Source: Lama glama (taxonomy: Eukaryota). From it: a DNA stretch of 64,000 nucleotides. A program made the translations under genes and the position numbers. This document shows, in pieces, positions 51,380 to 64,000 of the stretch (within the stretch, counting starts at the first letter, position 1; each line of letters starts with the position of its first letter). The stretch is taken from assembly GCA_028534125.1 (NCBI GenBank), contig CM052821.1, forward strand, positions 6,386,001-6,450,000, read 5' to 3'. Below the pieces are notes generated by a model. It saw nothing but the letters and a program-made list of their open reading frames with translations. It did no database searches and was not told the origin of the DNA.

Positions 51380-51910
51380 ATCCTCTGCTGTCGGCTTCAC
51401 GATTTCTTTCTCCACGTCGCCAGAGATCAGATCTGGCCCCGCGGGCCCTCCCCGAGGGGCCAGGACCGGAACGCCGGGCCGGAAGGAACAGGGCCGGGCC
51501 CCACTGCAGCGCTGCGGCCTCGGCTGCGCCCCACGCCGCGTTCCCGGGGGCGGCCGCGCTGCCCCGCGCCAGGCCAGGCTGGGCCGGGTGGAGCCCGGGG
51601 AAGCCGCTGGGTACGTCACAAGGCGGACCGGAGGGAGTCCGTACTGGGTCCAGCCAGGATTCCATTACATCACCCGGCGGCGCTCAGCCGCCGCTCGGTA
51701 AACACCGCTGCAAAGCATTGGCTAGTGTGCCGCCCTTCCAACCAATAGTACGAGAGTATGCAAATCAGTCATTGGGCGTTCGCTTCCTTTGAATCTGGTG
51801 TGTGCAAATAGACCTCTTTGCCAGGATGCCCCCCTGCCCCGGGCTGAGGAAGAAGAGGGGTCCGAAATCCGAAATTCGAGGGAAGCTTGTTTGGGATTTT
51901 CCACCCCAAA
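51380..51910. promoter_or_regulatory. CpG-rich regulatory element (CRE-like, FOX, CCAAT-octamer-CCAAT, kB)
   Basis: TACGTCA 51612-51618, GTAAACA 51698-51704, CCAAT 51742-51746, ATGCAAAT 51758-51765, ATTGG 51771-51775, GGGATTTTCC 51893-51902. Confidence 0.6.
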
Positions 51911-53411
51911 TCTGGTCCAGCCACTTCTGTGGGGAGTGGAATGTAATTAGGGATAGGCGCCCTTGATTCTTGAGTTATCTTTCCGGTTAGACCCTGCTTC
52001 TTGGAGATTCAGGGAACCTAAGAAATGATGCAAAAATTATTTAGGTCAAATTGGAAACGAAGAGAAGGAAGAAATAAGAAATACAGAGATACAGAAAGCT
52101 GGACCTTACTTTGGAGAACATCTAGGCCAAACCCTCTCGCTGGGGACTCAGTAAAGAACAAAACAGGCACAACCCCTGCCCCCGCCCCTACTTACAGCCC
52201 AGTAGGGAAGACTGATGTTAAACTATCTTGCAAATAAGTAATTAGCGCCGTAAAGAGAAAACGAATTGCAGGGTGCCAATGAGATATTTAATGGGAAGCT
52301 GTAATTTAGAAGGGGGTGGTGGGTAAGGGAAGTAATTTTTCTTCTTCCTCAGGAAGTGAGTTTTAAACTGAGGAATATTTATGAGGTGGGGGAGGGCCAA
52401 ATGTTCCAGGGAGATGAGACAGTGGGAAAGTACAGAGGTGGGAATTAGCATCGTGTAGGACCGTGTGCCAGACGCTATGCTGGGCACTTTCCTTGTTTTA
52501 TCTCCTCTTCCTTCTTTCTACGCCCTCTCAGATTGGTACTATTTAGTATTGAGGGAACTGAGGCTCCAGGAGATTAAATAATATGCCTGAAGTCTGAGAA
52601 ATAGAAGAATGTGGATTTGTATCCAGGCTGGTGTGGACTCAAATCTATGCGCTGAACCACTACTACTGGCTCCCGGATTAGAGGCTGAAGCACAGAGAGG
52701 AGAAGCGATTTGCCCTAAATTTCATGGCTTGCAGCAGAGCTAGGACCCCCAGAAAGGTCTGCAGATTTTTCACTGTGCTGCGAAGGAAAACAGGGCTCAA
52801 GAAGAGGGAGAGGAATAGGGAGGGAGGGGAGGAAGTGTGGGGATAGAAAGGGTTCTTCCTGCTCAGACCTTGGGGTCTGCTAGAACTTGCCTGTAACTTG
52901 GGATTTGCCGAAGCGGTAATAGGTAAAAATAGGTAGAAGTTTTTAAGCATCTTCCTCTGAGGGTCTGCTACTAGCCCGCAGGCAGCTGCCCTGGAGGCTG
53001 TGAGGGGCCTGGCCTGCTAGAGCAGCCCGGATTAGCTGGATCTTCTGCGCCATCCAGGTTGCCAAGCAACGCCACTCCTCCGGCTCTCACCAGATGATCC
53101 AGCTCTGGTTACCGGTGACAACTCCCGGGGGAGGGCCTGGAGAGACAGGAAGGCAGGCCGGAGAACGCGGGGGGCGGGGGGGCACCTGTCCCTATACAGG
53201 CTTACCCAGCAGTGGGGTGGGTATCCCTTAGCTCTCTGGTGAACTTTGGGTCTGTCTCCTCTGCCATGGGCTCAGAAATCCAGGCCCCACAGGCACACAG
53301 GAAGGTGGCAGAGGCATGGGTAGTGCCTTGGCTCGGGCAAGCCCTTCCAGGGAGGGCTGCTATAGGAGTTTGGGGAGGAGGCCCTGCCCCCACAGCTGAG
53401 CACCAAGAAGA

Positions 53412-53414
<3 letters not shown>

Positions 53415-53472
<58 letters not shown>
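53415..53472 (+). repeat. (GT)29 microsatellite
   Basis: Perfect 58-bp dinucleotide run. Confidence 0.95.
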
Positions 53473-53475
<3 letters not shown>

Positions 53476-56400
53476 ACCATTGAGCAGAGAATCTGTCATC
53501 AAGAAAGTGAAACTTCCATAGCTCCTTTGTAAGATTTCCCACACTTCTCCAACTAGGCGGTTCTCTCTGACCTGTCAGAGGGTTCTGGAGTCATGGAGTA
53601 AAGGGGTCTTAACTCCCTGGGAGTGCCCATTCCACTGAAAGATTTGAAAGGGAATAATTAGGCAATTTAACTGTTAAGTAATTGAAAGCATGACTTCTAT
53701 GTTTAGGGAAAGGGTTTTGTTCCGTTTTCTTTTTTTGAGGAGTAGGTATCTTAAAGGCACAGAATTGGAATAGGCATACTCATAATTCTCACCGGATGAT
53801 CACCCTGCACTGGGAGAACATCCTCCCACACCCCAGATGGTCTTTGACAGTCTGTCTAAGGTGCTCTTGGGAGTCCAGATGTGTGTGCCTTGTGCCTGGA
53901 GGGGGCTTGTGGTGCTGTCCTCTCCAGTGGCCATCAGAGTACGGGCACCTCCTTGGATCCAAGGGCTGTGAGTCTGGTGGCAGGGTGGGCTGTGACACAG
54001 AAGCATGGGTTTGGAAGTGGAGTACAGCCTTGGAATAATGGAGCCTCCAGCCTCCAGCAGCCCACCGTCCCACCCTCAACGGCTCTGGCTCCTCTTGCTC
54101 TTCCCTCGGGGCCTTTAGCAGAGGACCACACCCCCCACCCAGGAGCACAGCGCCCAGCTCTCCCTGGTGCTGACTGCAGAGACCCCAAACCCTTTCTCCA
54201 GGCAAGGCTCTGGCTCCCAGCACCCAGGGAGGCCACAGCGGGCATGGTGCGGCTGCGAGCTCCCTCAGCCACTCAAGCTTGTGAGTGGGACGATCCCTCA
54301 GACACTCGCACCATAAATGTCCAGACCCAGAGTCACAGAGGACAGGCAGGGCCTCCTCCCAGGGAGGGCTGGGTAACCTGAACCACCGGCAGGCCCTCAG
54401 GTCACTTCAGGAGAGGTCAGATAATGTTCCTGAAGACCATTCATCATGCCCCCAGCCCAGCCCAGCACCACCACGGCTATTTCCAGTCCCTCGGTATGGA
54501 ACGGCTTATGTAACCAGCTGGAAGCCAGGGGCTGGGCTGGGGGCACTTGTGGTAAAGGATGGGGCTACTTCCTCCTCCCACTGTCAGGCCAGCCCCCTTG
54601 GAGCCCCTGTTCCATGGGTGGAGGTGTGTGTGGAGGTGCTCACAGGCTTGGGTGGCATCATTGTGGACAACCTGGTGTCCATCAGCAGGTTTTTATTCCT
54701 CCCTCCCAACCTGGCCCAAAAGATGACCCAGCCTCCTTCCTCCCATGAATTGGAGACCACTGAGCAGCCTCTTCACGCTTCAGCCCCGCACAGCCTCTGT
54801 TCACTCATCCTCCCCTGACACCCAGAGCAAGAAGCAGGTGTGTTTGCTGCTGGCACCTGTATCCATCCCCAAAGCCCCTTTCCTGGTGGGGGGGGGGCGG
54901 GGGCGGTGGGGACTGGGAAGTAGCCCTTGGAGGTTAAGCAGGATTCAAATACTTGTATTTGCATCATGGCTTTGGGCTGGCTTTGTCAGCTTGCTGAGCC
55001 CATACAGGAAATGGGACAATAGTATCTCCTTTTCACTGGGGTTGTGACAAGGAGGGCTTAGGAGCACATCCTGCTCCGGTCTGAATCCCAGCCCTATCAC
55101 TGTGGATTTGGGCAAGTTATTTAAGCTCTCCAGGCCTCGGTTTCCTTGTGCAGAATGGAGACAGTCACACACACCAGCTCCCTGAATTGTAAGGGTCCCA
55201 GGAGTTTCTATGCATAAAGCACTTAAACAGTGCCTAGCACAGGGCAGCTCCATGTAAGTGTTGGCTATAATTAGACAATGTTTAGGGATCACTTTCCTTA
55301 GCGTGGCTCCTAATAAGCTCTTGGTGAAAGGTAGTTGTTATTTTTAACTTCTTTCTCCTTCACTATTTTAATCTCCTTCATAAACCCACCTTCTCTTAGC
55401 CTTACAAGTGCCCTCTAATCTCTCCTCTTTTGTTGCTAATCTGCTGCTACTACCAATAAAGGCCTGTGTAAATTGTATTCCCCGCGGTGTTTATATTCAC
55501 AAAACATTTCACACACATTCCTGTCTGGGCCTCACAGCAAACCCCAGAGTGAGCAGCTCAGCTTATGTCATTGCCCTCATTTTGCAGAGCCAGGGACAGG
55601 GTGTGATCTGTCCAGAAGCCCCAGCTGCTAAGGGGTGTGTCCAGGACGCCAGGCAGGGTATTCCGACCTCGGGCACCGGAGCTCGGCGGCTCAGGCGGCC
55701 AGGGCATGCCAGCTCCCCGCTGCCAGGGCAGATTAGCACAGGGGGCCCTCCTGCTTCCGATCCCAGCCCGACCCAGCACCCACAGAGTGGGAGGAGAGAG
55801 GCCTGTGGGCTTTATAAATATCTCCATCCTCGCACCAGCCAGGGAGACCCCAAAATGCTGTGTGGTGGTGCCCTCTACCGGACAGAAGTGGCGAGTGGTA
55901 GATTTATTCACATTCACACAAAAAATACGTCCAGGGCCTACTGTGTGCCAGGCAGTCTTCTAGGAACCACAGAGGTGGAGAAAAAACTCAGAAAGTCCCC
56001 ATCTTCCAGGGAGAGGCGTTGGATGGAGAGATACAGACAAAAACATCTGTAACATAATGCCATATAATGAGACATGCTAAGAAGAAAAATAGAGCATGTA
56101 AATGAGAATAACCAAGGCTGCTAACGATGAAGGAACAGTCATAGAGGCTTCTCTGAGGAGGCAGCAAGGTAGCAGGGAACTCAGGGAAGTGATGAGGGAG
56201 CCCTTTTCTGGGGAAAAGGCCAAAAAGGCAGAGGATGAATTGGAAGGCCCTCAAAGGGGAAATTCTAGGTGGGCTGGAGGAATAATGAGACCCATGGGGC
56301 CAAGAGGTGGGGTGGGGCAAGCTCAGAGATGGAGATCTCTCTCTTTCTTACCATTAGGGCATGTGTAGAGGAAGAATGCCATACACGCTCGGAGAATCAG

Positions 56401-57181
56401 GTGGCTGGAGTGTAGTCCTGCTCAAAACACAGGAAGCTGGAAAAGAGATCTAACAGGTTCTGAGCTGGCTCTGCCCAGGGCTTTACCACAAGTCTGTGAA
56501 GTGGGTATTCCTGACATGATCACCATTGTGCAGAGGAGAAAACTGAGGCTGAGAAAAGTGAAGGGTATGTGGTGTGCCCAAGGATGGAAATGCAGTCACA
56601 GAGCAAGGACTTGAATCCAGATTTGTCTGATTCCAGAAGCCAGGCTTTTACCATGATTTGTTCACTTGGAAAGAAAAAAAAATAGAAAGGACGTAAAACA
56701 GCATGCAGAGTATGGTCACATTTGTATTAAATATATATAAATATATACCTATAAATATAATTTTTTAAAAAGACTGAAAGGCAATGCATCAAAATGTGGT
56801 GATCCCAAGGGATGAATTATCCCTCTCCTCCGGCTGTGGGCCAGGGCAAGGGAGAAGGCTGGAGAGAACGCCTTTAGCATTAACCACCACCACACCTCAT
56901 CTTCAGATGCTCCCTTTCAGTTTACAAAGTGTCTTCTTTCACTGTGAGGCATTTGGACTTCATAACTGCTATTTCACAGGGAAGGAAGCCAAATCTCAGG
57001 GAGGCTACGACTCTGCTGCAGACAGCCTGTAACATAGCTGGAACCAGAACCGACATCTGTCTATATAGTCGGAATCCTGCAGGGGTCAGGTCGTGGGAAG
57101 AAGGGAGAAGGCAGAAAAGTGAAGGAGGGTCCGAAAGCAGGCGGTCTAGGGGCAGGGAAATGGACGGGACGGCGGAGGCGA

Positions 57182-57213
57182 AGCAGTTCCCAGATCTGCC
57201 CAGCAGAGGGCGA
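57182..57213 (+). promoter_or_regulatory. CTCF site with upstream module inside a CpG-rich patch (~57120-57620)
   Basis: Core CCAGCAGAGGGCG at 57200-57212, preceded by GCAGTTCC at 57183-57190 at the usual upstream-motif spacing. Confidence 0.65.
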
Positions 57214-58319
57214 CGCCGCTCCAAACTCCGCAAACACACCCGGGCCACTCCCCCGCCGGGACCGCCCCTCCCGACACCCAGGGAGCTGGGCGGAGCGCTG
57301 GGAGCTTCTTCCCGGATTCTGAAGGGTCTGCGGGCGGTGGGGATGGAGGGGCGGCTGACGCGGTGGGGCAAGGGATGAAGGGAGGACCGGCAGGAGAGGG
57401 GGGCCTGGGGGCCGGGGGGCCGGTGTCGGCTTCCACGATGGAGTCAAGGGTGCCGGGGCGCTGCGGCAGGGAGAGCGAGCTGGAGGCGAAGCGGCGGTGG
57501 GCGTGTGCAGAGAGAAGGTCTCGGCGTGGGCGGGGGGAGGGGGTGCAGCGTGTCTGTGGGACTTCCTGGGGCGGCAAGATTGGCTGCTCCGGGGAGGCGG
57601 TTACTCACTCACTCAGGCTTTGCCACCTGCTTCCCTGCCAGCTCCCAGCCAAACGAAACCCAGAGTCCGCATCTCCACCCCCAGCCCCAGCTAATGGCGG
57701 CTGCACCCCCAGGCTGGGACCTGCCTCCGCAGCTCAGCCCTCACTCAGCCTCCAGCCTCAGGCTGAGCGCAGGTGGTGGCGGGGAAGCCCAGCTGACTCC
57801 AATTCGTGCACCAAAGAGGCACCCCCACTCCCACTCCTTTTCAAGCCCAGAACTTGAAAGTCAGTCCTGAAGCCCCTGGGCAGCTCATGGGGCTGTTCCC
57901 CCGCCAGCAGCACCGCCAGTCTGATCTCGCTCTGCTGATTCCAACCACTGGTCTAGACATGAACTGCTCAGCCCCAGCCTCCTCACCCCTCCCCTCACTT
58001 CTCTCCCTGCCACCCCCCAGAAATGACTACACCCACTCAGCCAGCAGGTCCTGGATATCAGTGTTGTGTCCCTATGCCCTAGTCCAACCAAGGTGGGGAC
58101 ACAGACGTGTCCAATGGGATCTCCTTGCCCTCTGAGAGAGCTCCCAGTCTGTGGGTAGTGGCCACCACACATACCAAAACTTTGACCACGAAGCAGAAAG
58201 TGGGTCTGTGCCAGTGGGAGGTACAGGTCCTCAGCTCCTGGAGGATGACATGGATGAGAAGACCTCTGTGGTTCTAGGTGGGGAGCTCAGAGGTCTCTAG
58301 AACCATCTTCATTCAACAT

Positions 58320-58485
58320 CCAGTCAGTAAATTCTTATCAAGAGTCTGGGGTGTTTTTAAAAAATGCTAATCCTCCAGCCCACCCCAGAACTCTGGAATC
58401 AGAATCTTATGGGGAGGCATAGGGTCCTACCTACTGTTGAATGTCCCCCAGGCGAGTTGTTGATGACGTTGGTAACCACTGGTCT
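58320..58485. mobile_element. MER5-like hAT DNA transposon remnant
   Basis: TTAAAAAATGCTAATCCT..GCCCACCCCAGAACT.TGGAATCAGAATCT...CCCCAGGCGA...AACCACTG pattern. Confidence 0.5.
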
Positions 58486-61344
58486 TGCATTCACGTAACC
58501 AGAGACCATGTTCCTCGCAGATAATGTGGCTTGATCTGGGCCTTCAATCAGAATGAGATTTGAAGAAGGAGCTGAAAGAGGGACCTGGGTGAGCAGTCAC
58601 TCTGGTGGAGGGAGGGGTTGCAGAATGGACCAGCCAGCTGTGTGTCTGTGCAGGGCTGGCGGGGAGGGGCTGTTAAGTGACTGTAGGGAAGCTGTGGGGA
58701 AAGAGGCCCCGAGGGGCAATATTTGCATAACTTTTACTTTTCATAGATTTGTGTGTTCTTTACTGAAAGGTTAACCTCCAGGAACAGAAAATTCGCTAAG
58801 GTTCAGGAGGTCTCCCTTACAAGCCACAGTTCTGTGTCTTGCAGGCCAGCACCTGTGCCTCCTGCTCCTCCTCCCCCTCACCGCAGTCCAGAGCTCCCAG
58901 ACCATGTGGAGTTCCACACAGAGAAGTTAAGGTGGTTGAAATCAATTAAGAGAGATCACTTACATGTTCTGAATTCACCGTTCACTGTTCAGACATACAT
59001 GCCTTCAATCAATGTTGTTTGAATGCCCACTCAGTGCCAGGCCCAGCAAGGGTGTCCGAGAGCTTCAGATGGGTTGTGTGGTTCAGAAGAGGCTCCACTT
59101 CGTAAGGGTGCGAGGGCAGAGCTGAAGAGGTGGGGCTCTAAGGCAGGGAGAGCTGCCTGCACAGCTTGTTGGCTGAGGGGAGGATCCTACTTCTGTCCCA
59201 TCCCTGGCAAGCTCAGGGCCAAGAGGTGCAGTGTTCTCAGGTCACCACCAGGGGTCAGGCGCACCTGCTCTACTCTCCAGTGTCTGTCTCATCTCTTGGC
59301 TATTTTATTCTATGAGGAACCTTCCTTGGTCCCATGTCCTCTCCACAACCCCAAGTTCCTCTCTCTCACTTGTGTCAGCCCATCACTCCCTCCTTTAGGT
59401 CATCCCATCCAGCCGTCACTGCAGGACGGGGAACCTCCCAACTCGACAGCCTGACGTTTCTCCTGACACTTGGAGAGTCCACAGCTCTCTCACTTCCCCA
59501 GCTCCACGAGTGACTGGCTGGTGAGCAGAAAACATCTTCTACTGTCTCACCCTTTCTCCTCCTGCTGCCATTCAGCTCAAGGTCTCTGGTTTTTGTCTCC
59601 AGGCAAAACAGGAGTGTTTGGGGGTTCCCTCCTAACAGGTTTTCTTACATATGTTCACAAAGCTCTTCTCCAAGCCCTTTTGTGGCTCCTGGAACCCAGT
59701 CCCGAGGGCACCCTCTCATTTTGATGGGAATGTTCCCACCTTACTCCAGACAGCACCCACATCCATGAAACCTTGATCCCTCTGGACCTGATCTCCTCCT
59801 CCTTTTGCTTTCTGGAACATCTCAGGCCCTGCTCCCTCAGGTTCCACCTTTCACTTACCCTCCATGCTCCCACTTTACTCCCTGCAAGTGAGTCCCACGG
59901 CTTTGGAAGTTCAGTTCCTACCATCTTGGCCCTGTCCTCATACTCATTCCTCCAAGAATAGTTCCCACTCCCCAGTCTGGACTCTAGAGACAAATAGATC
60001 TGAGAGAATGCTGGCTTGGCCAGTACCAGCTATGCTACCTATCCTCTCTGATCCTCAATTTCTTAATCTGTAGAATGGGCTCTCAGATATGCTGTGAAGC
60101 CCAAGTGAGGTGATGGATGTGGACGTGCTTAGCACAGTGCCAGTACCTAGGAGGTGCTCTGGGAGATATTTCTGTGTCCTTTCCTTCAGAACCGCTGCCA
60201 CCCCCACTGTCCCTCAACTGCAGCCTGCTGATAGGAGCCTGCCCTTGTCTCTGTGCAGTGGCTGCTTCTGCTCCCCCCACCGCCCCTGGGCAGAGCTCTG
60301 GCCCAGGCAGAGGTGGACTTGGGGATATGCAGACACCATACTAAGGGGATGGGGACAGATGCAGGGCTCTGTGGGGACCTCAAATCCAAACTCCATCTGC
60401 AGGGCTGTGTCCTCACTCTACCATGCACGAGACCTGGAGTGGGGTCCATTCTCCTCCTCCCTGGAATTATTGGGGGCCCCTTCTGGCCTGGGGAGGGGGA
60501 AGGGCCCCCACAGAGTCCCCTGAGGCTTTGAGAGGACCAGAAGGCTGGTGGGAAGGGTAGGAGGGGTGGGAGGGGAGGCAGGGCAGGGGGAATACCGACC
60601 ACACAGTATTCCGAGTCCCTGCTCCTTTCCCATCCACCCCNNNNNNNNNNNNNNNNNNNNNNNNNNNNNNNNNNNNNNNNNNNNNNNNNNNNNNNNNNNN
60701 NNNNNNNNNNNNNNNNNNNNNNNNNNNNNNNNNNNNNNNNNNNNNNNNNNNNNNNNNNNNNNNNNNNNNNNNNNNNNNNNNNNNNNNNGGGCACCCCCTC
60801 ACCCTCCTCGGAGTGCACACGGCCAGCCAGGAGCCCCTTTCAGCCTGGGTGAGAGGTACTGACATCACTCCCAATGCTAGCTGCCTGGTGGGGGAGGGGA
60901 GGAACAGGCTGGTAGGAGAGGGGCGGGGACTCTATTCTGAGAGGAGAAAGCCAGGGAGGCCCTGGCAGACCCCCAACCTCAGGAAGGTGCTCGGCTGTGC
61001 CTGGGCAGCTGGTCTGCTGGCAGCCCTGGGCTCTGGGAACAAAGGTGCGTGAGGGCTCCTCCCCTAGACCTGAGCCCCTGGGAGCTTCTGTTTGTCATCA
61101 CGGCAGAGCAGCTGTTCAAACAGGGAGCTTGGGGAAGCTCCATTTTCTTAATCAAATGTCCTCCCTCCCCAGGACCCGGGAGGGCAGGGCAGCCAGGTGC
61201 AGGTGCCCAGACTTGAGCTGACACCCAGCCCTGAAGGGATTTTGTGAGAGGGGCCCACAGATGGAGCAGGAGAGGGGCCTCACCATCCTGCCCTCCAGGG
61301 CTGAGGGGTGGGGAGGTGGTGGCCATCCCTGTGTAGGGCTGGCC

Positions 61345-62800
61345 CCAAGGAGGCATTCCTGTATGTTAAGCACCTGTTTTGTGCCAGGCTGTATTAAGTC
61401 ATGGAGGTACAGTGTAAACAAGGCTGAGTTTCCTGCCTTAGAAATGCAAAAGACATAGAAAAGAAGTCAGTATAATTACCAATTGGGAGTAAATGCTATA
61501 AAAAAAATAGAGGGCTCAAGATAAAAAATAATGGGGAGAGGGAAATACTTCAGATCAGATCCTGGAAACCTCTTTAAGGAAGGGATGTTTAAGCTGATAC
61601 CTGAGGATGGAGAAATCAGTCTTGCAAAGACTATTCCAGGCAGAGGGAACAGTACGGGCAAAGGCCAGAGGGAGGAAAGCTTGCCATATCTGAGATTAGG
61701 ACTAGAAAGAATAGTGTGGTTTAAATGTGATAAGTGACATGGAAGGAGAAAGTCTGAGCTTGAAGAGATGGCAGGGCATCCCAGTTTAGTTGCAGAGGTT
61801 GTGCACTGCACAAAGACTCCTAGTTGCCAAATTGTTGGGCCAGCATGGCTGCTGTCAATCCACAGGAAAGGATGCCTTTTTGTAATTTGTCTGCCCAGAG
61901 GGACAACACATTGTGGATAGGCCATGATAAAGAGTTTGTATTTTATTCTTTTATTCCAGGGGAAGCCATAATGGGTTTTAAGCAGAGGAGGGTTGTGATC
62001 CAATTTCTTTTTTGGAAAGAGTGCCCTAACAGCTGTGTGAAGGATGGTCCAGGGGTGAGAGAGGAAGCGGGAAGCCCATTCAGGGTGCAAGTGCAGGGGA
62101 AGGGGATAGGAGGTGGCCTGCCTTGGCGGGGTGGGGGGTGCCACTTGGACCTCTTAAAGCCACCGTGTGTGTGCTGATTACTGCCAGGGAGGAACACTGG
62201 CATTGGAGTCTCAAGTCTTGAGCCCAACTCTGCCACTTACTTTCTGTGTGACCCTGGACAGATTACTTTCCCCAAGTCACCTCAGAGAAGGTAGTGACCA
62301 CCTCTTGGAGATGCTTTGAGCACACACTGTGTTTATTGAGGTTCTACTATGTGCTGGTGTTGGATAAGAAGTAAAGCAGTGAGTAAGACAGGAGAGGTCC
62401 CTGAGTCCTGCTGCAAGGAGTGCCCCTCCTAATGGGGAGAGGAGACAGACAAAAACCAAAACCCATCACAGTAAAGACAATTTCAGATGGGGATGAGTAG
62501 TATGATGGAGCTAAAATAAGGCACTGTCACAGCAGAGGGTGTGACGGTCCTTTACACAGGACGGGAAGGCCTAGTGGAGGCAGAGCTGAGTCCTGAAGGA
62601 GCCAGCTAAGGGCAGAGCAAGGGAGATGGCAGGGCATCTGAGGTGTACTGTGGGCCAGGCTGCCAGAGCAGGGAGTGGCAGGGGAGGCACAAAAATGAGG
62701 CAGGCAGAGGTCAGATAGCCCTGCATGGGAGTTGGAATCTTACTCTGGGAGTAATGGGAAGCCTCCGAGGAGTTGTAGAACAGTGGAGTGACAGTGATTG
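61345..62800. mobile_element. L2 LINE fragments (representative; similar at ~3090-3260, 3770-4190, 6520-7190)
   Basis: L2 3'-region motifs such as AGCACC...TGTGCCAGGC, ATTCCAGGCAGAGGGAACAG, GGGAAGCCA...GGGTTTTAAGCAG; judged by eye. Confidence 0.5.
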
Positions 62801-63857
62801 AGCCTGTCACAGGTTAGATGGTTGATGGCTAAGGTCTCCTGGGGGAGAGGGTGCCGAGCAGTTATTTACACAGGGAGAGTTAAGGACTTTAGAGGAGCCT
62901 TGACCCCACCTGGTATTTGGGGAGGGAGGCTCAAGATACCTTAAACAAGAGGCCCAAGTTCTGAAGGGATGTGGGGCCTCTAGGTCAGGCCCATACATGT
63001 AAGTTAAAATCCCCCAGTCTATTTCCCTGGCTGCAGGCTCCAAGAAATGAGATGTACAATATTGTGTGTGTGTGTGTCTGTGTGTGTGTTAGAGGGCAGG
63101 TGCGTGGTGGAGTCAGAGCTTGCCCCAGCCCAGTCCTCCCCCTCAGGCAGTCACCACACTGACACAGATGCAAAAAAAAGTCAATTTTTTAGTTTGTGGT
63201 TCAGAAGCAACAATATGCAAAATGGTGGAACAGTCTGAGCTGCCCCCACCCCACCAGGACATTCCCATTCCTGTCCCCCAAGGGGCAAAGAACCCAGGAC
63301 CCATGCCTGGCAGGACCCCACTTAGTTACAGGCCCCTGGGAGGGGCCAAGCCCTTAGGGGTCAAGGCCAGGAGGGAGGGGGACCAGCACCTTAGGACCTC
63401 TCAGGGGCCCACTGGTTAACTGGAACTGTGTGCGCGTGTGTGTGGAGGGTGGGGGAATGACCCAGCATTGGCCATTTCTCCCCAAGGCCAAGGGTGGGGA
63501 GCAAGTAAAGCTGAGGAGAGGGCTTCGTGGGACAGGGTCCCCCACTCGGAGGAGGGGTTTTCCTGGACACCCCACAAGGCACTACTGACCCAGATGATAG
63601 ACGGCACGCTCCATCTTTGGCCCCCGAACCTCTCCCAACCCTGAGCGAACTCGCTTGGTTCTGCCCTGCACCACCTCCCATGGTGGTTTTGGGAAGGAGT
63701 AAAGGGGCCTGGGGCCCGGGTTCACCACTTGGCAGAGACAAGCCAGGAACCAGGCAGGCCAGCTGGGGCTGGCAAGGGCCCTCTCCCGCTGCTCTGGGCT
63801 CCTGGGGTCCCCTTAGCCGGGCAACCGCCCCGCCTCCTTTTTGCACTGGCTGGAACG

Positions 63858-63873
63858 AATAAATAAATAAATA
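63858..63873 (-). promoter_or_regulatory. AU-rich element in the TAMALIN 3'UTR
   Basis: Minus strand TATTTATTTATTTATT (three overlapping AUUUA) about 25 nt after the stop. Confidence 0.65.
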
Positions 63874-63896
63874 CCTTCCCCCGCCCGCCCGCGCCC

Positions 63897-64000
<104 letters not shown>

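Noticed and set aside
53202-53544. Poly-HT / poly-CV ORFs
   Set aside because: Translations of the (GT)29 microsatellite.

Overview
Mammalian genomic DNA, very probably a camelid (judged from the tRNA-derived SINEs), in a draft assembly with five N-gaps. It is the syntenic block of human 12q13.13. All four genes are on the minus strand: the 3' end of TAMALIN/GRASP (from 63897), NR4A1/Nur77 (six coding exons that sum to 1797 nt = 598 aa + stop), ATG101 (two coding exons, 39 codons hidden in a gap) and the single-pass microprotein gene SMIM41. The rest is SINE/LINE/LTR/MIR debris, microsatellites and several CpG-rich regulatory elements. There is no prokaryote-type system and no unknown long gene. 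The most interesting items are regulatory. (1) An upstream 120-nt NR4A1 cassette exon has lost the human N-terminal-extension frame and instead carries a strong-Kozak AUG that would create a 63-codon uORF overlapping the NR4A1 start. (2) A second CpG-island promoter copies the CRE+MEF2 grammar of the main NR4A1 promoter and adds a D-box. (3) A compact CRE/AP-1 module with a 16-bp palindrome lies between NR4A1 and ATG101. (4) The SMIM41 3'UTR has a candidate intron in NMD geometry. (5) The NR4A1 ligand-binding domain carries an E440D change. Comparisons with human sequences are from memory and need confirming by alignment.
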